From Mobula hypostoma (Eukaryota): a DNA stretch of 64,000 nt. The notes below the pieces were generated by a model, which had not been told where the DNA came from, made no database searches, and saw only the letters and a program-made list of their open reading frames with translations. This document shows, piece after piece, positions 1 through 13,525 of the stretch. The position numbers were made by a program, and so were the translations under genes. Each line of letters begins with the position of its first letter. The first letter of the stretch is position 1. The DNA is taken from contig NC_086108.1 in NCBI RefSeq assembly GCF_963921235.1, positions 116,996,001 through 117,060,000 of the forward strand. The letters run 5' to 3'.

Positions 1-72
1 ACTGAAGCAAGACTTTCCAGGTGTAGATCCATGGTCTCGCGAGACTAACGGATACCACACACACACACACAC
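1..72 (+). repeat. Probable 3' end of a non-LTR element (RTE-like) with (CA)n tail
   Basis: GC-rich tail ending in a (CA)n microsatellite at 56-72. Family assignment is from recollection only. Confidence 0.35.
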
Positions 73-74
73 GT

Positions 75-1272
75 GTTTGTTGAATGTCTATGAGATGGCA
101 TTTTAGAGCAGTTTGTCATTGAGCCTACCAGGGAATCAACTACACTGGGCGTTATATAATGAACCAGAGGCGATTAGGGAGCTTAAGATAAAAGAACTCC
201 GAGGAGACAGTGATCACAATATGATTGAGTTCTACTTGAAATTTGATACGGAGGAAGTAAAGTCTGACACAGTATTTCAGTTAAGTAAAGGAAATTACAG
301 TGGTATGAGAGAGGAGTTGGCCAAAGTAAACTGGAAGGAGATGCGGGCAGGAATGACAGCAGAGCAGCAATGGTCTGAGATTCTGGGAAAAATAAAGGTG
401 GTTCAGGGTAGATGTATCCCAAAAATGAAAATGGCAAAATACTACAACCATAGCCTATAAGGGAAGTCAACGCTAATGTAAAAGCAAAACAGAGGGCATA
501 CAACAAAGCAAGAATTAGTAGCAAGATAAAGGATTGGGAAGCTTTTAAAAACCTACAGGTGCAACTGAAAGAATCATTAAGAGGCTGCTCACCAAATTAA
601 GAGCCCACGGTATTACAGGAAGGTTACTAAACATGGTTATAGCATTCCCTGATTGATAGGAGACAGCGAATGGCAATAAAAGGATCCTTTTCTGGTTGCC
701 TGCCAGTGATGAGTGGTGTTATGCAGAGGTAGGTGTTGGGATCACTTCTTTTTATGCTGTATATAAATGATTTAGATAATGGAATAGATGGCTTTGTTGT
801 CAAGTTTGCAGATGATATGAAGATTGGTGGAGGGGCAGATAGTGTTGCAGAAACAGGTAGGGTGCAGAAGGATTTAGACAGACTAGGAGAATGGGCAAGA
901 GAGTAACAAATGAAATAGCATGTTGGAAAATGCATGGTCATGCACTTTGGTTGTAGAAATAAATATGCGGATTATTTTCTAAATGGGGAGAAAATCCAGG
1001 AAACTGAGATGAAGATGGACTTCGGAGTCCTTGTGCAGAACACCCTGAAGGTTAGCTTACAGTCTGAGACAGTGGTGAGGAAGGCAAATGCAATGTTAGC
1101 ATTCATTTCAAGAGGTCTAAAATACAAGAGCAGGGATGTGATGCTGAGGCTTTATAAGGCACTGGTGAGGCCTCACCTTGAGTGTTATGAATATTTTTGG
1201 GCTCCTCATCTAAGGAAAAATGTGCTGTCGTTGGAGAGAGCTCAGAGAAGGTTCACAAGGATGATTCTGGGA
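75..1272 (+). mobile_element. CR1-clade LINE ORF2 fragments (EN end plus RT C-terminal part), degenerate
   Basis: Contains SDHNMIEF, KFADD and ALVRPHLE motifs; internal deletion near 585; stop codons. Confidence 0.85.
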
Positions 1273-1274
1273 AT

Positions 1275-1791
1275 TTTTGATGGCTCTTGGTCTGTGGTAA
1301 TAAATTCCACAAATTTACACCCTCTGGCTAAAGAAATTTCTTCTCTTATCTTTTTTAAATGGAAGCCCCTCTATCCTGAGGCTGTGCTCTCCTGTCCTAG
1401 ACTCCCCCACCATGGGAAACATCCTTTCCACATCTTCTCTGTCCAGGCCTTTTAACTTTCAAAAGGGTTCAGTGAGATCCCCATCTGCTTATTCTTCTGA
1501 ATTCCAGTGAGTATACACCCATAGCCATCAAATGTTCTTCGTATGATAAAACTTTCATTTCCAGAATCATCCTTGTGAACCTCGTTTGAACCCTTGCCAA
1601 TGCCAGCACATCTTTTCTTTGATGGGGAGCCCAAAAATGTTCACAGTACACAAGGTGAGGCCTCACCAGTGCCTTATAAAGCCTCAGCATCACATCCCTG
1701 CTCTTGTATTCTAGACCTCTTGAAATGAATGCTAACATTGCAATTGCCTTCCTCACCACTGTCTCAAACTGTAAGCTAACCTTCAGGGTGT
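1275..1791 (-). mobile_element. CR1 LINE 3' fragment (continues at ~4782 after a nested insertion)
   Basis: ORF 1469..1759 contains [21 protein letters not shown]. Confidence 0.85.
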
Positions 1792-1792
1792 A

Positions 1793-4781
1793 AAGACAGT
1801 AAGGTAGAAGGGCTGAAATGTGTGTACCTCAATGCAAGAAGCATCAGGAACAAAGGTGATGAACTGAGAGCTTGGATACATGCATGGAATTATGATGTAG
1901 TGGCCATTACAGAGACTTGACTGGCACCAGGGCAGCAATGGATTCTCAATATTCCTGGATTTCAGTGCTTTAAAAGGGATAGAGAGGGCGGAAAAAGGGG
2001 AGGAGGGGTGGCATTACAGGACAGGGATACTATTACAGCTACAGAAAGGGTGGGTAAACATAGAAACACAGAATAGTACAGCACAGTACAGGCCCTTTGG
2101 CCCACAATGTTGTGCCGACCCTCAAACCTTGCCTCCCATATAAGCCCCCACCTTAAATTCCTCCAGGATGTAGCAGGATCCTCTTTTGAGTCAATATGGG
2201 TGGAAGTCAGGAACAGGAAGGGAGCAGTTACTCTACTGGGGGTATTCTATAGGCCCCCTGGTAGCAGCAGAGATACAGAGGAGCAGATTGGGAGGCAGAT
2301 TTTGGAAAGGTGCAAAAATAACAGGGTTGTTAGCATGGGTGACTTTAACTTCCCAAATATTGATTGGCACCTGATTAGTTCCAAGGGTTTAGATGGGGCA
2401 GAGTTTATTAAATGTGTCCAGGATGGATTCCTGTCACAGTATGTGGACAGGCCGACTAGGGGGAATGCCATACTAGATCTAGTACTAGGTAATGAACCGG
2501 GTCAGGTCACAGATCTCTCAGTGGGTGAGCATCTGGGGGACAGTGACCACTGCTCCCTGGCCTTTAGCATTATCATGGAAAAGGATAGAATCAGAGAGGA
2601 CAGGAACATTTTTAATTGGGGAAAGGCAAATTATGAGGCTATAAGGCTAGAACTTGCGGGTGTGAATTGGGATGATGTTTTTGCAGGGAAATGTACTATG
2701 AACATGTGGTCGATGTTTAGAGATCTCTTGCAGGATGTTGGGATAAATTTGTCCCGGTGAGGAAGATAAAGAATGGTAGGGTGAAGGAATCATGGGTGAC
2801 AAGTGAGGTGGAAAATCTAGTCAGGTGGAAGAAGGCAGCATACATGAGGTTTAGGAAGCAAGGATCAGATGGGTCTATTGAGGAATATAGGGAAGCAAGA
2901 AACGAGCTTAAGAAGGGGCTGAGAAGAGCAACAAGGGGGCATGAGAAGGCCTTGGCGAGTAGGGTAAAGGAAAACCCCAAGGCATTTTTCAATTCTGTGA
3001 AGGAAAAAAGGATGACAGGAGTGAAGGTAGGACCGATTAGAGATAAAGGTGGGAAGATGTGCCTGGAGGCTGTGGAAGTGAGCGAGGTCCTCAATGAATA
3101 CTTCTCTTCAGTATTCACCAATGAGAGGGAACTTGATGATGGTGAGGACAATATGAGTGAGGTTGATGTTCTGGAGCATGCTGATATTAAGGAAGAGGAG
3201 GTGTTGGAGTTGTTAAAATACATCAGCACAGATAAGTCCCTGGGGCCTGACGGAATATTCCCCAGGCTGCTCCACGAGGCGAGAGAAGAGATTGTTGAGC
3301 CTCTGGCTAGGATCTTTATGTCCTCGTTTGTCCATGGGAATGGTATCGGACGATTGGAGGAAGGCGAATGTTGTCCCCTTGTTCAAAAAAGGTAGTAGGG
3401 ATAGTCCGGGTAATTATAGACCAGTGAGCCTTACGTCTGTGATGGGAAAGCTGTTGGAAAAGACTCTTAGAGATAGGATCTATAGGCATTTAGAGAATCA
3501 TGGTCTGATCAGGGACAGTCAGCATGGCTTTGTGAAGGGCAGATCGTGTCTAACAAACCAGACAGAGTTCTTTGAGGAGGTGACCAGACATATAGATGAG
3601 GGTAGTGCAGTGGATATGATCTATATGGATTTTAGTAAGGCATTCGACAAGGTTCCATATGGTAGGCTTATTCAGAAAGTTAGAAGGCTTGGGATCCAGG
3701 GAAGTTTGGCCAGGTGGATTCAGAATTGGCTTGCCTGCAGAAGGCAGAGGGTGATGGCGGAGGGAGTACGTTCAGATTGGAGGATTGTGACTGGTGGTGT
3801 CCCACAAGGATCTGTTCTGGAACCTCTACTTTTCGTGATTTTTATTAACAAGACCTGGATGTGGGGGTAGAAGGGTGGGGTGGCAAGTTTGGAGACGACA
3901 CAAAGGTTGGTGGTGTTGTAGATAGTGTAGAGGATTGTCAAAGATTGCAGAGAGACATTGATGGGATGCAGAAGTGGGCTGAGAAGTGCAGATGGAGTTC
4001 GACCCGGAGAAGTGTGAGGTGGTACACTTTGGAAGGACAAACTCCAAGGCAGAGTACAAAGTAAATGGCAGGATACTTGGTAGTGTGGAGGAGCAGAGGG
4101 ATCTGGGGGTACATGTCCACAGATCCCTGAAAGCTGCCTCACAGGTGGATAGGGTAGTTAAGAAAGCTTATGGGGTGTTAGCTTTCATAAGTCGAGGGAT
4201 AGAGTTTAAGAGTCGCAATGCAATGATGCAGCTCTATAAAACTCTGGTTAGGCCACACTTGGAGTACTGTGTCCAGTTCTGGTCACCTCACTATAGGAAG
4301 GATGTGGAAGCATTGGAAAGGGTACAGAGGAGATTTACCAAGATGCTGCCTTGTTTAGAATGTATGCATTACAATCAGAGATTAAGGGAGCTGAGGCTTT
4401 ACTCTTTGGCGAGAAGGAGGATGAGAGGAGACATGATAGAGGTGTACAAGATAATAAGAGGAATAGATAGAGTGGATAGCCAGCACCGCTTCCCCAGGGC
4501 ACCACTGCTCAATACAAGAGGACATGGCTTTAAGGTGAAGGGTGGGAAGTTCAAGGGGGATATTAGAGGAAGGTTTTTTTACTCAGAGAGTGGTTGGTGC
4601 ATGGAATGCACTGCCTGAGTCAGTGGTGGAGGCAGATACACTAGTGAAGTTTAAGAGACTACTAGACAGGTATATGGAGGAATTTAAGGTGGGGGCTTAT
4701 ATGGGAGGCAGGGTTTGAGAGTCAGCACAACATTGTGGGCCAAAGGGCCTGTACTGTGCTGTACTATTCTATGTTCTATGT
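1793..4781 (+). mobile_element. CR1 LINE, near-complete ORF2 (APE endonuclease plus RT) with 3' tail; frameshifted (family B here)
   Basis: LKCVYLNARSIRNK start, [43 protein letters not shown]; ends tattctatgttctatgt. Confidence 0.95.
2058..2165 (-). mobile_element. ~105-bp 5'-truncated CR1 3' end nested antisense in a copy of its own family
   Basis: Reverse complement of ~4675-4781; interrupts the host EN coding region. Confidence 0.85.
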
Positions 4782-6303
4782 ACTACGACACAACCTGCAA
4801 GTTAACCTTTAGGGTGCTTAAGGACTCCCAAGTCCCTTTGCATCTCAGACTTCTGGATTTTCTGCCTGTTTAGAAAATAATCTGCCCATTTATTTCCACT
4901 ACAAAAGTGCATAACCATGCATTTTCCAACATTGTGCTTCAATTGCCACGTTATTGCTTATTCTCCCAATCTGTCAAGTACTTCTGCAGTCTGCCTGTTT
5001 CCTCAAAACTTTCGGCCCCTTCACCCATCTTCATTATCATCTGCAAACTTGGCAACAAAGCCACTTATTTTGTCATCCAAATCATTTATATACTTCATAA
5101 AAAGAAGTAGTCCCAACACCTACCCCTGTGGAACACCACTAGTCACTGGCAGCCAACCAGAAAAGGATCCTTTTATTCCCACTCGCTGCCTCCTACCAAT
5201 CAGCCGATGCTCTAAACAGGTTAGTAACTTCCCTGTAATACCCTGGGCTCTTAACTTGGTAAGCAGCCTCATGTGTGACACCTTGTCAAAGGGCTTCTGA
5301 AAGTCCAGATATATAACATCCACTACATCCCCTTTATCTATCCTACTTGTAATTTCGTCAAAGAATTCCAACAGGTTCATCAGGCAAGATTTTCTCTGAA
5401 GGAAACCATGATGACTTCGTAGTAACTTGTCCTGTGTCACCAAGTACTCAATCACCTTATCCTTAACAATTGACTCCAACGTCTTCCCAACATCTGAGGT
5501 CGGGCTAACTGGTCTATAACTTCCTTTCTGCTGCCTTCCTCCTTTCTTAAAGAGTGGAGCAACGTTTGCAAATTTCCAGTCCTCTGACACCATGCATTGC
5601 TGTATGCCCTCTCTTTGGTTTTTACATTAGCTTTGAGTTTCCGTGTCAGCTACGGCTGTGCTATTTTGCCATTTCAGTATTTCTTTGTTTTTGAAATATA
5701 TCTATCCTGCACCTTCCTCATTTTTCCTTGAAATCTATACCATTGCTGCTCTGCTGTCATTCCTGCCAGCATCTGCTTCCAATTTACTTTGGCCAACTCC
5801 TGTCTCATACCACCATAATTTCTTTTCCTTCACTGAAATACTGCTGCATCAGACCCAATCCAATATAGCTGTTCTCCAAGTGGACTCGAACTGCTATAAA
5901 AAGCCATCTCATAGGCATTCAACAAACTCACTCTCTTGAGATCTATTACCAAATTTATTTCCCAATCAACCTGCATAGTAAAATCTCCTGTGACTATAAC
6001 ATTGCCCTTTTGACATGACTTTTCTATTTCCCATTGTAATCTGTAGTCCATGTCCCAGCTGCTGTTGGGAGGCCTGTATGTATCTGCCATCAGGGTCTCT
6101 TTACCCTTACAGTTTTGTAACTCAACCAACAAGGATTCAACAAATTCTGATCCTACGATCACATCTTTCTACTAATTTGAGACCAGCCTTTACCAGTAGA
6201 ACCATGCCACCCCCTCTATTCAGCTTCCTATCCTTCCGGTACAATGTATAATCTTGGACATTCAACTCCCAACCCCAACCTTTCTTTAGCCATGATTCAT
6301 TGA
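4782..6303 (-). mobile_element. CR1 LINE RT and EN fragments
   Basis: ORF 5120..5593 (PLFKKG, YRPVS, DFQKPFDKV, SGVPQG) and ORF 5830..6162 (YRPPNS, GDF). Confidence 0.88.
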
Positions 6304-8094
6304 TTTCCCTTCCACCAGATCTCCTCCAATCAGATCTCCCCTCCATTGAACATCAGGGCTCTCCTCTATCAGATATCAGATCTCTCCTCCATCAGGTAGC
6401 ATTTCTCCCCTCCATTGGACAGTAGTTCTCCGCTCCATCAGATATCAAGTACCCCTCTTTCAGGTACCATTTCTCCACAACATCAGATATCAGCTCTCCT
6501 CTATATCAGATTTCTAATAATCAGATATCAGATTTCCCCCAAGCAAATACAGTGCCTATAAAAAGTATTCACACTCGCCTTGGATATGTTCATGTTTTAT
6601 TTTTTTTACAATATTGAATCACAGTAGATTTAATTTAGCTTTTTCTGATACCGATCAACAGAAAAAAAAATTCATGTCAGAGTGAAAACAGATTTCTATT
6701 AAGTGATCTAAATTAATTATAAATATAAAACACAAAATAATTGATTGCATAACTATTCACCCATCTTTAATGTGACACAGCAAATCATCACTGGTGCAAC
6801 CAATTGGTTATAGAAGTTACATAATTAGCTAAAAAGAGACCGCTGTGTGCAGTCAAGGTGTTGCAGTTCACTGTAGTGAAAATACACCCGGATCCAGAGG
6901 GCCCAACTGCTGGTGAGTCAGTATTCTAACAAAAACTACACCGTGAAGACAAAAGAACACTCCAAGTAACAATGTGAAGAAGCTATTGAAAAGCACAAGT
7001 CGGGAAATGGATACAAGAAAATTTCCAAGTCAGTGAATATCCCTTGGCTATTCAATCATCAAGAAACAGAAAGAACATGGCACAGCTGTAAACCTGCCTA
7101 GAGCAGGCTGTCCATGCAAGAAGGGGAAGAAGGGGACTCGTGAGGGAGGCCACCAAGAGACCTGTGATAACTCTGGAGGAGTTACAAGCTTCAGTGGCTA
7201 AGATGGGATACAACTTATGGCATACAACTGTTGCCCAGGGGGCTTCACCATTCCAGCTTTATGGGAGAGTGACAAAGAGAAAGCCACTGTTGAAAAAGTT
7301 CACAAGAAATCTTGGCCAGAGTTTGCCAGAAGGCATGTGGGAGACTGTAAAGCTAGCTAGAAGAACAGCCTATGTTCTGATGAAACCAAAATTGAGCATT
7401 TTGGCCATCAGACTAAACACTATGTTTGGCATAAGCCAAGTACTGCACATCATCAAAAACATGCCATCCCTACCGTGAAGCATGAAATGGTGGCTGCATC
7501 ATGCTGTGGGAATGCTTCACTGCAGGAGGCCTTGGAAGGCTGTGAAAATAGAGGGTAACATTAATACAGCAAAATACAGGGAAATCCTGAAGGAAAAACT
7601 GATGCAGCCTGCAAGAGAACTGTTGCTGGGGAGAAGATTTGTTTTCCAGTAAGACAATGATCCCAGCATAAAGCCAAAGCTTCACAGGAATGGCTTAAAA
7701 ACAACAAAGTTAATGTCCTGGAGTGGTCAAGTCAGAGTCCAGACTCAATCCAATTGGGAATTTGAGGCTGGACTTGAAAAGGGCTGTTCACTCACAATCC
7801 CAATGCAATCTGACAGAACTTGAGCAGTTTTGTAAAGAAGAATGGGGAAAAAATGCAGTGTGCAGATGTGCAAAGCTGATAGAGACCTATCCACACAGAC
7901 TCAGGGCTGTAATTGCTGCCAAAGGTGCATTTAGTAAATACTGACTTGAAGGGGCTGAGTAAATATGCAATCAATTGTTTTGTGTTTTATATTTGTAATT
8001 AATTTAGATTACTATGTAGAGAGCTGTTTCCACTTTGATAAGAAAGAGTCTTTTTCTGGTGAGCAGTATTAAAAAAAGAGCCAAATTAAAAAGA

Positions 8095-10646
8095 AGAATA
8101 AAAAGAAACATGCACCTCCCCCACCACCACCTCCCTGGAGCCAGGGTCCGTGATGTTTCTGAACACAACCACAATATCCTGAAAAGGGAGGGTGAGCAGC
8201 CAGAAGTTATTGTACATATTGGTAGCCAGATCTTTTTAGCGAGCTTAATGTAGAGCAACCCTTAGGAGGCAGTCATCATAATATGATTGAATTCATACTG
8301 CAATTGGAGAGGGAGAAGCATAGTTCACATGGATCAGTATCGCAATGGAATAAAGGGAATTACAGAGGCATGAGAGAGGAGCTTGAGACAGTGGAATGCA
8401 TGGCAGTGGACTGAGGAGAATGAGAGAGTGCATTGGAGGAGGATATTGGAGGGATGACCACACAGCAGAGATGGCTGAAATTTCTAGGAATAGTTCACAA
8501 GGCGCAGGATACATATGTCCCACAGAAAAAGTTCTCAAATGGCATCGGTAGGCAACTGTGGCTGACAAGGGAAGTTCAGGATTGCATAAAAGCCAACGAA
8601 AGGCATATATGGTAGCAAAAGTGAGTGGGAAGTTTTTAAAATCCAACCAAAGACAAATAAAAAAAGCATAGAAAGGGAAAAGATCTGAGGGCAGACTAGC
8701 AAATAATATTAAGCAGGATACCAAAAGTCAGTTATATAAGGAGTAAAAGAGAGTTGAGAGTTGATATTGGACCACTGGAAAGTGATGCTGGTGAGATAGT
8801 TATAGGAAATAAAGAAATGGCAGATGAAGCTAATGAGTACTTGGCATCAGTATTCACTATGGAAGACACTAGCAGTGTGCCAGAGGTTGGTGAGTGTCAG
8901 GGAGCAGGAGTGAGTGCCATTGCTATTACAAATGAAAAAGTGCTGGGCAGACTCAAAGGTCTTAAGGTGGATAAGTCACCTGGGCCAGATGGACTACATC
9001 TCAGAGTCCTGGGAGAGGTTGCTGAAGAGATAATGGATGCATTGGTCATGATCTTTCAAGAATCACTTGATTCTGGTATGGTCCTGGAGGACTAGAAGAT
9101 GGCAAAATGTCACTCCACTCCTTAAGAAGTGAGGAAGACAAAACAAAGGAAATTATAGGCTAGTTAGCCTCATAGAAACATAGAAAATAGGTGCAGGAGT
9201 CTGCCATTCGGCCCTTTGAGCCTGCACTGCTATTCAGTATGATCATGGCTGATCATCCAACTCAGAACCCTGTACCAGCCTTCCCTCCATACCCCCCGAT
9301 CCCTTTAGCCACAAGCGCATATCTTATATCTGTGATTGCGAAAGTGTTGGAGTCCATTTTTAAGGGTGAGGTTTCAGGGTACTTGGAGACAAATGATAAA
9401 ATATGTCAAAGTTATAGTTCAAGCAACAAGCAGGGTGGACAAAGGGGAAACAGTAGATGTCATTTACTTGTACTTTCAGAAGGCACAATATGTTGCCATG
9501 CATGAGGCTGCTTAACAAGAGAGAATCCTATGGCTATTACTGGAAATACTGGGATGGATAGCGGAATGGTTGACAGGCAGGAGGCAGCGAGTGAGAATGA
9601 AAGGGGCCTTTTCTGGTCGGCTGCCAGTGACTAGTGGTGTTCCTCAGGGGTCAGTATTGGGACCACTACTTCTCACATTGTTTGTCAATGATTTGGATAA
9701 TGGGATTGATGGCTTTGTGGCAAAGTTTGTGATGATACAAAGATAGGTGGATGGGTAGGTAGTGCTGAGGAAGCAATGTGATTGCAGCAGGAATTAGAGA
9801 AATTGCAGGAATGGGCAAAAAACTGGCAGATGGAATACAGTGTTGGGAAATGTATGATAATGCATTTTGGTTAAAGGAACAATAGTGTGGATTATTACCT
9901 AAATGGGGAGAAGGTTTAAACATCAGAGGTGCAGAGCGACTTAGGAGTCCTCGTGCAAGACTCCCAGAAGATTAATTTACAGGTTATGTCTGTGGTAAAG
10001 AAGGCAAAGGCAAAGTTGCAATTTATTTCAAGGAGAATAGAATGTAAAAGCAAGGAGATAATTCTGAGCCTTTATAAGACACTAGTCAAGTCGCACTTGG
10101 AGTATTGTCAACGGTTTTGGGCCTCATATCACAGAAAGGATGTGTTGTCATTGAAGAGAGTCCAGAGGAGGTTCACGAAGATTATTCTGGGAATGAAGGG
10201 GTTAACATATGAGGAGTGTTTGGCAGCTTTGGGCCTGTACTCACTGGAATTTAGAAGAATGTGGGGGATCTCATTGAAACCTACTGAATGTTGAAGGATT
10301 AGATAGGGTGGATGTGGAGAGGATGTTTCTTATGGTGGGTGTCTCCAGAACTAGAGGCACAGCCTCAAAATTGAGTGGTGACCTTTTAGAACAGAGGTAA
10401 GGAAGAATTTTTTTAGCCAGAGAGTAGTGAATCTGTGGAATGCTCTGCTACAGACCGCGATGGAGGCCAAGTCTGTGGGCATATTTAAAGCAGAAGTTGA
10501 TAGTTTCCTGGTTGGTCAGGGTATCAAAGGATATGGCAAGAAGGCAGATGTATGACATTGAGTGGGATTTGGGATCAGCCATGATGGAATCACGGAGCAG
10601 ACTCGATGGGTTGAATACTCTGATTCGGCTCCTATATCTTATAGTC
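8095..10646 (+). mobile_element. CR1 LINE, internally deleted (ORF1 esterase fragment plus ORF2), inserted in the Tc1 right TIR
   Basis: LPGARVRDVSE..EGEQPEVIVHIG (SGNH-type ORF1), KSPGPDGLH, RT C-terminus and 3' tail. Confidence 0.9.
9169..9323 (-). mobile_element. Short CR1 3'-end insertion (family A), antisense to its host
   Basis: catagaaacatagaaaataggtgcagg...; matches the reverse complement of 52375-52532. Confidence 0.85.
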
Positions 10647-12439
10647 TAAATCTACCGTGATTCAAGTTGTAAACAATAAAGTATGAAAACATTCTGGTGA
10701 ATACTTTTTGTGGCACTGTATCAGATTAACCCGCTATAAGATATCAGCCCTCCCTTCCAACAGATATGAGAGCTACATTCCAGCAGATATCAGATCTCCA
10801 CTCCATTAGATATCATGCTTCCCCTGCCTCAGATATCAGGTCTCTCCACCATCAATACCAGATCGCCTCTGAATCATATATCTGACATCCCCACCATCAG
10901 GAATCAGATCGACTCTTCATCAGGTATCTGATCTCGCCTCCATCAATTTCCATCAGATATCAGACCTCCCCAACAGTAGGTATATCAGATCTCCCATGTA
11001 GCAGACATCAGATCACCCCTGCAACAGATATCGGATCTACCCTACATCAGATATCAGATACCTCGAACATCATAAATCAGGTATCTCCTCCATCAGGTTT
11101 CCCCTCCAGCAGTTATCATGTCTCTCCTGCTTCAGTTATTTTGTCTCCCCTCCATCAGACATCAGAACATCCGTCCTGCAGATACCAGATTTCTCCTCCA
11201 GCGGCTATCAGATCAACCCACCATCAGATATAAGGTCTCCCCTCTGGCAGTTATCAGGTCTTTGCACCTGAAAGGTATCAGGTCACCACCTCTAACAAAT
11301 ATCAGCTCTCCCTTCTATCAGATACCAGGTTTTTTCCCTCCATCAGATATCAGCTTTCCCCTCCATATGATATCAGGTCACCCCTCTAACAGGTATTGGT
11401 TCTCCCCCCCTATCAGATTTCAGATCTTCCCTCCATCAGAAATCAGATCTCTTTCCTCACATCTACTCTCTATCAGATATCAGGTTTTCCTTACAGCAGA
11501 TATCAGATCTACACTTCTGCAGATATGTCTCTGTTCCATCAAATATCAGGGGTCTCTATCATCATATATGTGATATCCCCTCTATCAGATCTCCCCTCTA
11601 TCAGATATGAGATCATTTCTACATCAAATATAATATTTCCCATCCATCATATAGCCGATCTCCACTTCATCAGATATCATGTCTCCCCACCATTAGATAT
11701 CAGGTCTCTTGAACAGCATATATCAGATATCTCTTTCTTCGGATCTCCCCTCTATCATATATCAGATCTCCCCACCATCAATTTCCCTCAAACAGACATC
11801 AAATCTCCCCTCCATCAGATGTCAGGTCACCCCCTCCATCCGATTATCAGGTCTCCCCTCTAACAGGTATTGGTTTTCCCCTCTATCAGATATCAGATCT
11901 CCCCTTCATCAGAAATCAGATCTCTCTTCCTTCAGATCTACTATCTTCCCTCCATCAGATATCATGTTTCACCACCATTAGACATCAGGTCTCCCCTCCA
12001 TCAGACGTCAGATCTCCCCTCCATCAGACGTCAGATCTCCCTTCCATCAGACGTCACATCTCCCCTCCATCAGACGTCACATCTCCCCTCCATCAGACAT
12101 CAGATCTCCCCTCCATCAGACGTCACATCTCCCCTCCATCAGACATCAGATCTCCCCTCCATCAGACGTCAGATCTCCCCTCCATCAGACGTCAGATCTC
12201 CCCTCCATCAGACGTCACACCTCCCCTCCATCTGACGTCACACCTCCCCTCCATCTGACTTCACACCTCCCCTCCATCTGACGTCAGATCTCCCTTCCAT
12301 CAGACGTCACATCTCCCCTCCATTTGACGTCACATCTCCCCTCCATCTGACGTCAGATCTCCGATGTTTCAGATATCAGATCTCCCTTCTATAAGCTATC
12401 AGGTTTCCACCTCTATCTATTCATCTCATACTCTTAGGA

Positions 12440-12990
12440 ACATCTATCAGATTTCTCCTCAGCCACTGCCACCTCAGAGAAAGAAAAACAATCCAAGTTT
12501 GTCCAGCCTCTTGTTATAGCACTTGGGCTATGATCCAGACAGCATTCTGATAAACATCTTCTGCACTCTCTCCATAGCCTTGACATCCATTCTACATTGG
12601 GGTGATCAGAACTGCACACAATTTTCCAGATATGGCCTAACCAAATGTTTTGTGCAGCTGCCACACTTTTTCCTGACATTGAAACTCAGCTTCCCAACCA
12701 CCTTCTTCATCTACTTACCTCCTGGTGGTATTGCTTTCTGTGCGCTATACGGACACACCCCAAGATCTTTCTGTACTTCAATACTCCTAAAGGTCCAGCC
12801 ATATGCTGTGTACTTTCCTGTATATTTGACAGGCTTCCCTCACTTATTCATTCAGTTAAATTCCATCTACCGTTTCCCTGTCCACATTTCCAACTGTTCT
12901 CCCATTGTATCCATTGACATCCCTTCTCATTGTCCACAACACCTTCAAGGTTCTTGTCATCTACAAGTTTACAAATCAGATTATCTATAT
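12440..12990 (-). mobile_element. Old CR1 RT C-terminal fragment
   Basis: gatcagaactgcacacaattttccagatatggcctaacc is the antisense of the [14 protein letters not shown] region. Confidence 0.7.
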
Positions 12991-13456
12991 TTACATCCAA
13001 ATCATCTCATTAATATTACTTTCATTGTCCTCTCAGTCTTGTTCTTCACGCTTGTCTATTCCTCCCCCATCTATTCTCATTCCCATTTTTGTTCTCTCCC
13101 TCTCTTCATCCATTGCCATCTGCACTATTCTTATCTTCTTTTGCTGGTATCCTTATTTTGCTCTGTTGTCAACGATTCTGCCTTTCTCAGTGAGAGTAAC
13201 CAGCAACCTCTGAATGTTGTTGAAACCCAATTTTGGGAAGAAACTATCCCTGTTTATCTTCTCTGTCTGTAGTGACAGGACTGTCCTACCACAAGCCTTT
13301 GGAAATTAGTGGCAGTCAATCCAGACGGATAATCTCTGCAGTTGAAGACAGTGAGGGGGATCTCACCAAATCATCTTAGGTCCTGAGGAGACATATGCTC
13401 TTCTGCCCACTCCGTCCTACACCCCTCCCCACCCTGGTTAAAATTCCCTCACTCAC

Positions 13457-13525
13457 GGGCTCCACCACGGCAGGCTCTCCTTTCTGGCCTTTATCGCCTC
13501 TCAGTCCCAGAGAATTCGTGCTCAC
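13457..13525 (-). CDS. COL11A1: Collagen XI-like exon 9 (start of minor triple helix): [23 protein letters not shown]
   Basis: Acceptor ttttttctggctgcag|GTG, donor CCC|gtgagt; 69 nt. Gly-X-Y run; [12 protein letters not shown] as in COL11A1. Confidence 0.92.

Larger units (their letters stand above)
6550..10718 (+). mobile_element. Tc1/mariner DNA transposon with long TIRs; inactive transposase (~6943-7944); right TIR interrupted by a CR1
   Basis: TA|cagtgcctataaaaagtattcac ... gtgaatactttttgtggcactg|TA. About 220-bp inverted similarity between 6550-6770 and 7950-8090 plus 10647-10718. Transposase remnants: KTKEHSK, DETKIEHF, DNDPQH, LNPIGNL, AVIAAKGAFSKY. Confidence 0.93.
6305..12410. repeat. 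Degenerate ~23-bp tandem satellite (catcagatatcagatctcccctc), split by Tc1; homogeneous sub-array at ~11990-12362
   Basis: Repeats visible at 6305-6547 and 10721-12410; the clean unit is catcagacgtca(g/c)atctcccctc. Confidence 0.88.

Noticed and set aside
12523..13272. 249-aa hydrophobic ORF
   Set aside because: Antisense of a decayed CR1 plus pyrimidine-rich filler; no recognisable domain.
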